Under the pieces are notes generated by a model. It was not told the origin of the DNA. It did not search any database and saw nothing but the letters and a program-made list of their open reading frames with translations. The translations under genes and the position numbers were made by a program. 64,000 nucleotides of DNA, taken from contig MCFH01000003.1 in assembly GCA_002104945.1 (NCBI GenBank), positions 1,589,769 to 1,653,768 on the forward strand, read 5' to 3'. The stretch is from Piromyces finnis finn (lineage: Eukaryota; Fungi; Neocallimastigomycota). Position 1 is the stretch's first letter; each line of letters begins with the position of its first letter. Of this stretch, positions 1 to 14,210 are shown in pieces.

Positions 1-109
1 ATAGAAATATATTATATTAGTACATTAAAATAAAAATTCAATATCTTTTTTTTTCTTCATACGATTCTTCCTTAATAATAATTAAAATTTACTCTTTTTT
101 TATGTTCAA

Positions 110-720
110 TAGAAAAATTTGAAGTTTCTGGTGGTACAACATTGATTCTTATTTTTTTTGGACCTTTATTAACAATCCTAATTATCAGATATATTGTTAA
201 TAATATTAAATAATAATTGATAAAGAATATGTGTTAATAAATGTTATAAAAAAAGAACATATTTTATTATTATTATTATTTTTTTCTTCATATTATTTCG
301 TTGTATATCCTTTAGCATTTATCTTTTTTTTCTTTATCTTTTTGATGATTAAATTTTAATGTGATATACATATTAACCTTATAAATTGCTTTTGTGTAGT
401 ATTTATATTAAATCCTGAAAAATGTATAATAGAAGGTATGCATTCTATTTTATCAGAGTAGTATAAGAAATCATCTATAATATTTATAGAAATTATGATA
501 TTTATTAGATGGTTTAATATATAATTTTTAATATTATAGTTAATAAATATTGAAAAAAAGGTGAAATACTTGTAATATCCTTAGAATTGCTAATAGTTGT
601 TTTAATAAAATCGATATTTTTTGAATTTTGAAAAAAATCACCATTAAACTTAATATCATTATTGCTCGAATCAATAGTGATTTCACTATTTAAATCACTT
701 ATCATTTTTCTTTTTTTACA
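110..720 (-). pseudogene. Degenerate coding remnant of unknown family (possibly the end of a gene extending beyond the window)
   Basis: Minus-strand ORF 514..705, followed by a protein-like reading in another frame (NHLINIIISINIIDDFLYYSDKIECIPSIIHFSGFNINTTQKQF) ending at a GT donor near 377. The frames do not join cleanly and no motif was recognised. Confidence 0.25.
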
Positions 721-2060
721 GTATCTATAATAAAAATGTATTTGTATATATTTGTTTTAACAAAATAAATGGTATACAAAATGAATCATCTAGTATAGTA
801 GTATAGTATATCCAAAAATTATGACCTTTAATAAAATATCAATATTTCATTAATATAATAATAATCTTTTAAAAATCTTTAACCAAAATTGTATATTGTG
901 CTTTTTTTTTTTTTTTATAATTTATACAATATAAAAAATATACAAATATATATATATGTGAATATAATTATTTATATCTTTTATATAAAATGTACAATTA
1001 TTTTAATAGTATTTTTTAGTATTATTATTTTTAAATATTAAAACAATTATTTAATAAAAAAAGTTTATAGAAAGAAAAAAGTATAAATGGGTGTGAATGC
1101 TATCCTTAATTGTTTCAAATAATTAATGATAAACTTTATTTGGTAGTAATCCAAGGTTTAATAGGAAAAATAAATATAATTCTAAACCATTTTTTTTTTT
1201 TTACAAATATTTTTTATACATGAATTAATAGAGTATATGTCCCATCATGGTTTTAAAACTCAGATGAAAGATAATAATAAAATTCTTGAGTTACTTAAAA
1301 AAAATTAATAATGTAGGACAAAAGTAACCAAGAAAGAAAAGAAAAAAAAAAAAAGTCTAAAAAATTCATTTTTAATAGAATTACTATATAATTTCAATCA
1401 TCGTTATTATTATCATTTTATCATTGTTCTTATTATTATCATTGTTATTATTACTATTCCTATGGATTATTTATAATGTAAATATATATTATGTTAAAAA
1501 TATTAATCTGCCTAAAGTGTTGCCTGCTTTATTTTTCTTTACCTATTACTAAACCACCAATACAATTTTATTTTATTTTATTAAAAAAAAAATTTTTTTT
1601 TTTTGTAAACTTTATATAATTTTATTAAATTTGAAATTTCAAAATTTAAAGATTGAAGATACTCAAATTTATACTTTTATCTATAATAGAATTTCATTTT
1701 TAAACTATAATATATATTTAAAAAAAATTGAAATATTGAAAAGTGTTAAGAATATATTAATAATAAACAGTAAATAAAATCATTATAATAATAATAATAA
1801 TAAAAAAGAACTTCAAAATGATTTCATCTTCATAATTATAAAAAAAATTTACAAAAATTTCATTATAAAATCATATCATAAATTTTTGTTTTAATTCAAA
1901 GCAAATCATTATTCATTCAATTTAATATCTTATACCTCATATTTATTAGAAAATCCGTTATATTAATATATATCTTTTTACTCATTCAACAAAAAAGAAA
2001 AAAAAAATAAACCCTTTTTAATAATTTTTAATTAATATACCTATACATATTATTTCTAAT

Positions 2061-4198
2061 ATGTTAAGAGCTATTCTCTCAAATAGGCTTTCATCAAACA
2101 ATGAAGCCAAAGAAAATCGTACACTTCATAAAACTCCAAGTAAAAAAGCATTAAATAAGACAAGTAATTATTATTAATAACAATATATATTTTTATTATT
2201 TTTAAATATAATCCTATTTATATATTTTAATAGAAATTTTCAATTTTGAATTTTTCTTGTAATCTACCTTTACACTAATAAATATATTTATTAAATATAT
2301 TGTTTTGAAAACTTTTTTTCTTGTTTGTTTATATATCTTTATATATATATTAATATTATACATATTCTATTATTTTATCAAGTTGGTAGTAATAAAACTG
2401 GAAAAAAATTAAACAAGTTACAAGCTTATAATTCAGACTTTAATGCTTTAAACATTATTAATGATGAAAAAGATTTAATTAAGCAAAATAGTTTAAAAAC
2501 ACCCTTAAAAATTAATAAGCAACGAGCACCATTATCAAACATTGAAAAAGCAAATGTTAAAGAAAAATCTATTAAAAATTTAAATAATCAATTAAGAAAG
2601 ACATCTCATTCTGCTAAAAAGAAATCTTGTCAAATTTTAACAACCCCTTCTTCTCAAAAAATCAGTAAAATAAATAATGAAAACAACAATGAAAATGTAA
2701 ACTTACATGGACTTAAACGTCAAAATTCACTTAATCATTTAACACTTACACCAACTCTTCCTAATACATTAAAGAAAAGTCATAGTTTTGATATTAAAAG
2801 CCAAAATGCTTCGGAATTAAAAGAAAATATATTTATTACACATATGAAAAAAAATATTTTAGAAGATAATAAAAATTCAACAGATGATGATATTGAATAT
2901 ATGCCACCTTCATTATCTCACTTGGGTAATTTATCACTTTTATATATTTTACCTTTTTTTTTTATATTACTATTTCAAAATAAATTTTCAAATTAATTAA
3001 ATAAATATTTTATTTTTTTTTTTCTAATAAATAGAAGAAAAGGTAGAACCAAAATATAAAATTGATTATAAAGATTTATTAAAGTTTAGACCAGCTACCC
3101 TAGTAGATTCTGATATTTTTAAACGTGTTAATGAAGAAATTGATATTAATTTAGATCCAGAAACAAATTTATTAAAAACAAAGAGTACGTTTTTTTCTAT
3201 TATATACTGTATAGTAAAAAAAAAAAAAAGAGTATCATTAACAATAATATATTATTTTTTATAATACTATTATTATTACTATTACTATTACTATTACTAT
3301 TACTATTACTATTACTATTACTATTACTATTACTATTACTATTACTATTACTATTACTATTACTATTACTATTACTATTACTATTACTATTACTATTACT
3401 ATTACTATTACTATTACTATTACTATTACTATTACTATTACTATTACTATTACTATTACTATTACTATTACTATTACTATTACTATTACTATTACTATTA
3501 CTATTACTATTACTATTACTATTACTATTACTATTACTATTACTATTACTATTACTATTACTATTACTATTACTATTACTATTACTATTACTATTACTAT
3601 TACTATTACTATTACTATTACTATTACTATTACTATTACTATTACTATTACTATTACTATTACTATTACTATTACTATTACTATTACTATTACTATTACT
3701 ATTACTATTACTATTACTATTACTATTACTATTACTATTACTATTACTATTACTATTACTATTACTATTATTATTATTATTATTATTATTTTCCTTTTTT
3801 TTTTTATAAATAAAAGATTTTGAATTCGTAGATGATTTTGTAATTGATTTTAATTCTATCGATAAAGAATCCAAGGATAAAACTATCAATTCCGAAAAAA
3901 AGGATACCGATAGTAAAGATCTTAAGAAAAAAGATAAAAAAGAAGTAAATAAAAATCTTCAAGAGAAATTATCTCAAGATTTTAATTTAAGTTTTGAAGA
4001 AGCATCAGATGGTTAGTTAGATTTATTATAAATCTATTTCGTTATATATAATTTTTTTTTTTATTGTTATTCTAATATCCATCATTTTAATTCTATTTAT
4101 TTTCATTTTATTTAATATTAGAGGAAGAAATTAAATTACCTGATTTTCTTACTACTGATGATAAAGATGCCTTATATTTTGATGAAATTAATCTTTAA
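2061..4198 (+). CDS. Probable securin (Cut2/Pds1/PTTG-like separase inhibitor), 5 exons
   Basis: Phase-consistent GT-AG exons 2061..2161, 2383..2925, 3035..3184, 3817..4011, 4122..4198. The protein has an N-terminal KEN box (AKENRT), a D-box (RAPLSNIEK), a basic disordered N-half, the motif DDIEYMPP and an acidic C-half. RAPL and DIEYMP match motifs I recall from S. pombe Cut2. Confidence 0.72.
3275..3766. repeat. Perfect (ATTACT)82 hexanucleotide microsatellite in intron 3 of the securin-like gene
   Basis: 492 bp of uninterrupted ATTACT, flanked by (ATT)n. Lies between the donor at 3185 and the acceptor at 3815-3816. Confidence 0.97.
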
Positions 4199-4921
4199 AT
4201 ATAATTCATATTATTAGTCTCTCTATATAAAATATATACATTCTATATATCATTATTTAAATATCATAGTTTATATGTATTGTTACCCATTTCTCACACA
4301 ACTTTTCCTTTATACTAAATTAAAATTATATAATTTTGTATATATATTTATATAATCATACAATCCTAATCAATCTTTTTTAAATAATAAAATAATAATA
4401 TATCATATAGTTTTTTTTTCTTTTATTAAAATAATAATGTTATTTTTATGTACTATCTTTTCTTTTTATATAAACTAAAATAAAACTATATCTTCATTAT
4501 ACCTAATAATTAATCTAATAAATTATAAATATTTTTATGTGCCAACATATATATATATATTTGTAATTTGATAATATATATTATATTGTATAATAAAGTT
4601 TATTCTATTTAAAATAGAAAACGTTTTAAAGATACTTGATAGTATGAAGGTATTTAGAAACTATATATTATGGTATTATTAAAATATTTTTTTTTTTGTT
4701 ATAAAAATAGTTTGGACCTTTTATTAGGAAAAAAAATAATATAAAAATATAGATTAATTTTTTTTTTTTTTTCAATTTCTATAAATTACATTAATGTATA
4801 ATGTAATGTAATTAATCAATAATATAACATATTATTGTTTTTTTTTTCTATTAAAATTAATTTTTTTTTTTTATTACTTTATTTTTTTAACTAAATTAAC
4901 AATAAATATAATAATATAAAG

Positions 4922-7100
4922 ATGGTAAGTAAAAACCTGAATTATTTTAATTTAGTAATTTACTAAATTATTGTTGTATATCGATACATTTCTATTATTT
5001 ATTGTATATATTTGAGTACATTTCAGATATATATATTTGATCACAATTATTAAAAGTCGATTTAAATTATTTTATCAGAAATTAATGGATGACAGGATTG
5101 ATTAAAAATTCAAAAAAAAAAAAAAAGTACATTATTCCGTCACTTAAAAAAAAAATAATTGATTATTTAAGAGAAATAATAAGAACCTAATATGCATTAA
5201 TAGTTGAAATATTTTCAATTTTATACAATATTTATAGAAATAAATATAAAAATAGAAATATAATAAATGAAATCTATGAAATTTTAATATTAGTATAATT
5301 ATCCATCGTATAAAATTAAAAATTTTAATCGATTCACTTAATAAAATGTTTATTTATATATATATTTTAAATTATCAAACTAGACTTTAACAAAGAAATC
5401 AAGAATGGCGACTATCATAAATAGTCGTATTAAAGTTACCATTCAAGATAGTAGAACCTTTGTTGGTCAAATGTTAGCATTTGATAAGTATATGAATTTA
5501 GTACTTGCAGATTGTGAAGAATTCAGAAAAATCAAATCAAAAGGAAAAGCTAATGCTAATCAAGGTGATAGAGAAGAAAAACGTGCTTTAGGTTTAGTTA
5601 TTCTTCGTGGTGAAATTATTGTTAATCTTAGTGTTGTTGCTCCACCACCAGCTAAAGCTCCAAAGCCAAAAACTACTATTAATGTACAAACTCCAGGTAT
5701 TAGTAGACCAGCTGGTAGAGGTATTTCAGCTGCTGCAAGTATGTATTTTTTTTTGTCATACCTTTTTTTTATATAAAAATTTGTGAATATTTCTCAATTA
5801 CCAAAAAAAAAAAATATAATAATAATTTTTTCCTGGTAGATTTTATTATTTTTATTTTTTTTTAAGCATTTTATTATTTTGATTAAACATTGGAATTCAT
5901 AAAATTTAGATTAAAATTTTAAAATCTCTTTAATTATTTTTCAATTGAAAGAAAATGTTTGATTTAATATTTTATTCAAATTACTATTTTCGAATTCTTT
6001 TTCTCTCTCTCTTTTTTTTTGATATGATAATTAATGCTTTATAAAATATCTTTAAAAATATAGGTTTAGCCGGTCCAGTTAGAGGTTTAGGTGGTCCAGC
6101 TCAACAAATTATGCAACCAATGGGTATGGTACCACCACAAGGTGCTTTCGGTAGAGGTGTTCAACCACAACCAGGTGCTCCAAGCATTATAAGACCACCA
6201 ATGTATAGACCACAAGCACAAGGTATGCCACCAATGAATATGCCACCACAAGGTTTTAGACCACAAATGAGACCACCACAAATGGTAATATTTTTTTTTC
6301 TTAATTTTTATAATTTAAACAGATACTGTTTTATTATATGTGCGATGAATTATAAAAGAAGCTTAAAATTAGTTTATTAACAATTTTTTTTTTTAAATTT
6401 TATTTTTAAATATTTTTTTCCGAAATAAATATATCTATTTCACTATTTATGACATTTATGACAATACATCGATATTTTAATTTAACAATAAATTATAAAT
6501 ATTTTTAAAAAACAACAACAACACTAATAACACCAACAACACCAACAAAAAAATAAACATCATCATTATTAATATCAAAAATACAATAAATTTTATTTTA
6601 AAAATTTATTCATATTCAAAATGAAACACCCTTTAAAAATTGTATTACATTTATTTTCAATTATAATGTTAATATTGTAAATGTATGCTTTTATTTCACA
6701 ATGATTTATATTATATCAACTAAATATGCATTTCATATTTATATACATACCTTTGTAATCATCAACAAATATAAAATCACTATGTTGAACATGATACTAT
6801 CAAAACAAATTCATTAAATCATTTCATCAATAATATATATATTTAATCCATTTTTAATTGTTCCAATTTATTTAATACTATGATTTATCACTATGTTTAT
6901 CAATCCTCATCAACCTTATTATTATGCATAATATTTCATATTTTAAACATTTCTCAAAAAATCATGATCATAATTTCACAACCTTTATGACTTTAATTAT
7001 TTAAACGAAATAGGGTGTTCCACCACAATTTGGTGTTGGTAGAGGTACTTTCCCAATGCCACAAAACCCAGCAGCTTTCCGTCCACGCCCAGCTAAATAA
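4922..7100 (+). CDS. SMB1: Small nuclear ribonucleoprotein B/B' (SmB), 4 exons
   Basis: Exons 4922..4924 (ATG only, then GTAAGT), 5384..5738, 6064..6284, 7014..7100. Sm1/Sm2 fold ([37 protein letters not shown]...[16 protein letters not shown]), the conserved [11 protein letters not shown], and a Pro/Gly/Met/Arg-rich tail. Confidence 0.95.
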
Positions 7101-9438
7101 ATATAATTTTATTCAGTAAAAAAAAAAAAAAAGATGACATTGACAATAATTATAAATATTTAATGAAAAAAGTTCAATCATCATCATTTCCTTTATATAC
7201 ACACTTTTTTTATATTTTATTATTAAAACCACACTTATAAATAATGATATGATATCTATTTTTTTACTTTTTGTAATTTTTTTTTTTTTACTTTATTATT
7301 ATGCAAATAATTTTTTTTTACAAATAAATAAAAAATAAATACTTAAAAAAAAAAAAAAAAACAAACATCTACGACTCTATCTTTCCCATTTATTATTATT
7401 ATGAATATTATTATTGATTGCTTATTTTTGAACTTTTATATAAGGAAAAAGAAAGTAAGCGTTGAAGTCATTTTTATTTTAAATATTTTTGATGCGTTTC
7501 ATCAAATATATAACTAAATAAAAATATATATATATATAAATAATTTTTTTAAATAGAGATGTTTATCATTCTAATTTTAAAAGAGTTCCATAGGTTCTGT
7601 AGGTTCTGTAAGTTCCATAGGCTTCATTGATATTTTTTTTAATTGTATCGTATCGTAGCATCCTTCATGTAGGCGATATACTTTTTTTCACCTTATTCGT
7701 CTCTTTTAAAGCATCTTTTTCAATTTTCAATTTTCCTCCCTTTTTTTTTAAAAAATTTTTTTAATAAATCCATATATTAAATTATATTACAATATATTTA
7801 TTAATATAAAAATTATTATTGTTTTTAATAAAATTAATAATTAAAATTAAATTATTAATAAAAAAAAAAAGATAAAAAAAAAAAATCTTTTTTTTGAACT
7901 TTTCTTTTTTTTTTAAAAAAGAAAAAAAAAAATAGGTGCAATTTTAGTTATCGATAATGATATTTTAACGAAAAAGTAGCAAGAAGCATAAACCTATTTT
8001 ATTATTAAATATAAAAAAAAAGAAAGAAGAAAAAGTAAAGGAAACAATAAAAAAATATTTTTTTTTTCAAAAGAATTAACTGTCATATAAACTATAAAAT
8101 TTTATTTTAAAAGTAAGCATTTATCCTATTATTTAGTGGAAAGAAAAAAAAAAAAAAACCAACATTTAATATTCGTTCACTATTGAAGTATTATTATTTT
8201 TTTTTAAAGAACTATATACTCTTTTTTTTTTTATGGATATTGCATAGTTACAAAAAAAGTTATTAAGAAATTAACAATACAATATTTCAACAAAATTTCG
8301 ATAGAGAAGTTGATAGTCCATTACCAAAAAAAAAAAAAAAAAAAAAAAAAAACAGTCAAAATATATATACTAAAAATTAAGAAAATTTCAATACATAGTT
8401 TAAAATGAAATATATAAAAGACAACAATAATTTATTATTTTTCATATAAAAAGAATTAGAAATATTAACTAATGAAAAAAAAAAAAGTTAAAAATTAAAA
8501 ATAAAAATGAATAACAAGGCTAGAGGAAATTTCGAGGAATATTTTTTTTTAATAAAAAAAAAACAATTAGGAAATTTTTGAAAAATAAAAAAAAAAAAAA
8601 AAAAAAAAATAAAAACATGTAGGCTATATAACGAAAAGCAAGAGAGAAAACAAAACAATAGTCTTGATAATAATACAAAAATATTTAATAGTAAACCAAA
8701 TATATAAAAGAACAAATTAACTTTTTATAGATATTTTTTTTTTTTTTTAAAAAAGAAACCTTTTCAATAAATTATTTTAAAAATTAATTGTTATATATAT
8801 TTAGTTATAATATAAATAATAACGATATAAATATATGTATTTATTAATATTTTGTTCAAACTTTGAAATACTAACTTTTTTGTCATTTTAATATTTTATA
8901 TTTTATACCTATATATTTATATTCATTTATATATATGTATATAATATATCTGTTATATTATATTGTGTCGTATACAAGGCTCAATTTTATATATTAAAAT
9001 ATTTTCTATATTTTTATTTTCGAACAAGTAATAGATATAAATACTTTTTATCCTTTAAACGTTGAAAAAAGTTATTAATATTGAAATATTATACATCGAT
9101 ATTCATTATTTATATTTATATATATAAAAGATAGTCACTTTTTGATAAAATAAAATATTAGTTTATCCAATTTTAGAAATTCAGTTTATTAAATATTTTT
9201 TATTTTTATATTTAAAACAGTAAAGTGAAAATAGCCTTTTTTTTTTCTTTTTGTTTTCTATTATTATAATTATTATTTCTAACGATATATAAAAGAATAA
9301 TTGTCTTTTATTCATAATAATAAATAGATTATAATCATAGTTTATAAATTTTAATAGTTAATAATAGTAATAAAATAGTAATAATAAAAAAAAAACATCC
9401 TTTTATTTGATAATATTATAATTTAATTGTGATAATAA

Positions 9439-9472
<34 letters not shown>

Positions 9473-9476
9473 TAAA

Positions 9477-9980
9477 ATGGGTAATTGCTTAACAAAACAA
9501 GAGGAAGAAAATGTTCGCTTTGAAACTGCAGCATCTACTGGAGGTGGTGGTACAACTCAAACAAATATTTTAAAAGGTATTAAAAATAAATGTATATACA
9601 CACATACACATACACACACATATATATATATATATATTATATTATATTATATTATATTAGCATAATATATTCATTTTTATTTTATTATATTTTATTTTGT
9701 CTATAGAGGGTAATAAAAAACTTGTTCCAATTTCAACTTATTCATGGAAATCCGATAAACCAATGACTAAGGATGATGTTAATAAACGTCGTGAAGAATT
9801 TTGGTTAACCTCACCAAATTATAATGTAGGTAGAAGAAATTCAATACAAGTTTTGAAATATACAATTATTATTATCATTATTATTTAATTATTAGGAACT
9901 TATTATAAAACTTTTATTCTATTTTTTTTTTTTTATTTTATTTTATTATGAATAATAATAATGATGATAATCTTAATCCA

Positions 9981-10017
<37 letters not shown>

Positions 10018-10729
10018 TAAAATAAAAATAAAATAGGGTAGACAAGAAATTTGGCAAGCATTAAAAGCTATTTGTGAAACTGATTCATTAGAATTAGCTC
10101 AAGTTATTGCAGATTCTGCTGGTATTACTATTCCAACTGGTAAATTAACGGATGGTTGTTATGATGAACTTGGTAATCAATATATTGTTCCTAACTTTTG
10201 CTTAATTGAACCTTCTAATCTTGTTGAAAAGTCAAGTGCCAACGATATTAATCAACCACTTCTTGCCAATGAAGAAGGTGGTAGTCAAGAATCATTATCC
10301 GTACCACTAGGCAATGAAAAAGCTACTACATCAACCACCGCCGCCATAGATCATTCCACAAACCATTCTGCTAATAATAAATATTATACAAAGGATGAAG
10401 ATGGTATTCTTATTACAAAATTAGCTATGGATGCTGGAGGTAAAACCTCATTAGCTAAAAATGGAAATGGTGGAAGTGATGGTAATAATGCCATGACCAC
10501 TCTTCGACTCAGTAATAATAAAGATATTAAGCTAATTATAAATAAGATGGATACCATTCAACAACTTATTAAAATTATTGAAAAAAGTGAAGAACTCGGA
10601 GATGATAAGAATAATATTCGTATTATTGTAAAGGGTAAAGTTTTAGTTAAAAGTAGTAAACTTTATGATGATTTAGTTCAAGATGGATCGATCAGTATTG
10701 TTCAAGTCTTTATTTCTCCAAAGAATTAA
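9477..10729 (+). CDS. UBTD1: Ubiquitin domain-containing protein (UBTD1/2, DC-UbP family), 3 exons
   Basis: Exons 9477..9576, 9707..9825, 10037..10729. MGNC N-terminus (likely myristoylation/palmitoylation), DC-UbP motifs RREEFW..GRQEIWQALKA..GITIPTGKLTDGCYDELGNQY.VP.FC, and a C-terminal ubiquitin-like domain (IRIIVKGKVL). Confidence 0.9.
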
Positions 10730-11303
10730 ACCACCTTGAAAAAAAAAAAAAATTTTTTTTTTAAGTTATAACCATAACAGTATTAATAATAACACACCTA
10801 CTACTACTACCAACAACACTACCAACAATAATCAAAATAATAATCAAAATTAAATAAATAAATAAATAAAAAAAAAACCTTTATCAAAATCATATAATAT
10901 TTACCTATTTATCCTCTATTTTATATACTTATCCATTATATCCATAGGAATTTTATATATTTTTTATTCTATTTTAACCCCTCTCTCTCTTTGTTTTTTT
11001 TTCTTTTTTAATTATGAAAAATCAATAGAATGTTTTATTGATATTTTTATTTAATTCAAAAAAAAAAAAAAAAAAAAAAAAAAATTTACAAATAATAATA
11101 AAAGAAAAAAGAAAATACCAAAATAGTCTACAAAATATAAAAAATAAAAGTTTATCTCTCCAAAAAAGAAAGAAAAGAAAAAAAATAATACAATATCCAT
11201 ATTAATATATATCGTATAAAATACTTTTTTTTTTTTTTTATCTTATTATTTTTATTATCCTTTAATATTTATATTTTATTCATTTTACAAATTAGAATAA
11301 TGG

Positions 11304-11338
<35 letters not shown>

Positions 11339-11872
11339 TTATGGATTATATTGAAAAATAAAGAAAAATAAAATAAACTGAAAATAAATAAATAAAATAT
11401 ATGTATCCATATTTTCTAGTTTTTTTTTTTTTAATATAGTTGTCATAATAATATTGATAATCAGTTGTTAAATAACAATAATGATCATCCTTAGAGTATT
11501 ATATGTATTTTTTGAGAACCTAAATATTAAATATTATTGCCTATGAATAAATAACAATACATACATATTATTTTTTTGTTATAGGAGTACTATATATGTT
11601 TTACAATAACAAAAAAGAATAATAAATAAATGAAAAAAAAAAAAGTTTTATTGTTTTACTATTTTATAGTTAAAAAAGGCTTTCTCTTTAAAATAATATT
11701 CATCATTTTTTTCCTCTCTTCTTTTTTTTCTTTCTTTTTAATCTATGTACATTTAATAGTATATTAAAGGATGTGTAGATATAAAAAATTAAGAAAAAAA
11801 AAATTTATATATATATGTTCATTTATTTATTTTTATTTTTATTTTTTTCTATTCATCTTTTGTTGTTATTAG

Positions 11873-11906
<34 letters not shown>

Positions 11907-12546
11907 ATTTGTTTTTTATTCTTTAAGATTAAAAAATTAATAATCTAAAAAAAAAAAAAAAAAAAAAAAAAAACTTGGAATTTAATAGATCGCATGTAAA
12001 TAGGTAAACATCTAATGATTTTCCTTTTCTTTTTTTTTTCCTTTTTTTTAAAAAATAAAAAAAACTATAAAAAAAAGAAACTGAAATTAATTAAAATTTA
12101 TGAAATCTATATATAGGTGTATATATTGCATATACATATAGATAATAAAGAAATGGATAGAAATCATTAAAAAAGTTTTTTTTTTTTATTTCATATAACA
12201 TCAATTTGGTTGATTTTATTTTTTTGTTTCTTTTTTTTCCAAAGGAAAAAAAGTTAAAAAAAAAAAAAAACTATGTATTTTTTTTATATAGTTTTAAAAA
12301 AATTAATGAAAAAAACTAATTAAAACAATACTATAATAATATATAAAAAGAAAAATAATAAAAAAAGATTATGGATAAATTAAAAAATTGATACTTTATG
12401 TCTTTTTTTTTTTTTTTTTTTTTTTTGGATAGAGAATAGATTTCATGTTTTTTTTTTTAAACGTTAATTACATTTATACCATAAAAAAGGTGTTAGATAA
12501 GAAAAAAAAAATTTTTTTTATACAAGACAATAATTACAATTTAGGA

Positions 12547-13619
12547 TTATAGATTAATTTCCGGTACACGATCTGGATGATTATCAGCAAATTCTTTGAC
12601 TTTAAGAATTCTTTTAAATCTTGATATGGAATAATAAATGATAAATATTGAAAGACCCATCATAGCAAAGCCTACCCATTTACCATACCACCATTGATCA
12701 ACGATTCCGTTTATTCCATTATATTCAAATTCTTCATCTGCTGGGGATCCGTCCATTGGATTATCACTATCTGTAATGATAAGTAATCCATATCTAAATA
12801 TAGTAAGGGCTACACCAATAAGTGCCCCTTTACGAGTACCATGAGATGTTGATAAAAAGAAAGTCATAATAAATCCGATAAAGTCAAATATAAATGAGAA
12901 GAAAGCAGATAAAACCATACCTGCCCAAGTACCTGCTGGAATACTATTAATTAACATTTCACCGTAAAATTCACCGATACGACAATAGGTCACTTCATAT
13001 CCGTAAAATGGATCGAATTCTGCTTCACCGGTTACTTCGGTGTAAGTTGGTAAGGCGTCAGAACGAATTTCTGGTTTTTCATTCAAATTTGAGAATACAC
13101 CATCATGAGAATTAATAACAAAAGGTTTAGATGATTTTGGCTTTTTTTTAAAGAATCTAAATTCCGACAAAATACTTTTCTTTAATTTTCCTGATATTGT
13201 TTCTGAAGTTGAATTATTGGTGGATGAGGAAGGAAGGAATGGATTACGAATAGTCTCACTCGTACTAGCTTCTATATTATTATTATTTTCAACGACAACA
13301 CCAATTGGATTTTCATTTTCTTCATCATTTTCATTCGACTCCTCTACGTCAATCTGTGCTACATTATTTTTTGGTATTAATAACTCCTGGTCATTACTTT
13401 CTTGTATTTCTAATATTTCATCTTCTGTTGATGCATTTTGTTCTATATTGTCCAACGGTATATAATCTATATTCTTTATTTTTATTAATAATAATGTTAA
13501 ATAAAATGAAGAGAGAGGAAAAAAATTTTTTTTTTTAACAATTTGTCAATTAAATAATATGGTTTTTATGTTGTTTTTGTTATATAATTTATTTTTAGTT
13601 TAATCCATACCTTGTTCAT
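12547..13619 (-). CDS. BSD2: Bsd2/NDFIP-like Rsp5 (Nedd4) adaptor membrane protein, 2 exons
   Basis: Exon 13619..13611 (ATG AAC AAG, then GTATGG) plus exon 13473..12547, in frame. Motifs HDGVFSNLNEKPE and LPTY (PY-like), followed by three hydrophobic segments including FIGFIMTFFLSTSHGTRKGALIG. Confidence 0.85.
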
Positions 13620-14054
13620 TTCTCTTTTTATATATATATAGGCGAATTTTTTAAAGTATTTTGAATAACTATTAATTTATTTTATTATGTATTATTGTTT
13701 TTTTTTTTAAATAAAAATAAATTCTAATTTTTGAACTTTAAAATCAATAGTTATATAAAAGTAATGAATTAATATTATTATCAATATAGAAAATATTTAT
13801 AATTTGTACTATTTAAAATTTATATTTTGAAAATTAATACTATATATATTATACGTATATATTTTTTATACTAATACTACGATAAAACAACAACAATATA
13901 TCTTATTATTATTACTTTTATTATTATTTAATTTATTTCATGTAAATTATAAAAATATATAAAATAAAAGAATGGCTTACTTTTGTTGTAGAGTTTTTTT
14001 TTTTTTTTTTTTTTTACCTTTCTTCTTGATAAATAAAAGTATACTTTTTTATTA

Positions 14055-14085
<31 letters not shown>

Positions 14086-14176
14086 GAAATATTGTTTGAC
14101 TTTTAATACTGCTTTGATTTTATTATTACTTGATTTTAAATATTTTTGTTTTGTTTTGTTTTGACAAATGATATTG

Positions 14177-14210
<34 letters not shown>

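Noticed and set aside
3200-3889. 229-aa minus-strand ORF with (NS)n
   Set aside because: It is the antisense reading of the intronic ATTACT microsatellite and of securin exon 4. The unit is not a G-rich telomere-type repeat either.
7560-7740. Short minus-strand MKPMELTEPTEPMELF-like repeat
   Set aside because: Tiny, with stops in all frames, no consistent splice sites and no recognisable family.
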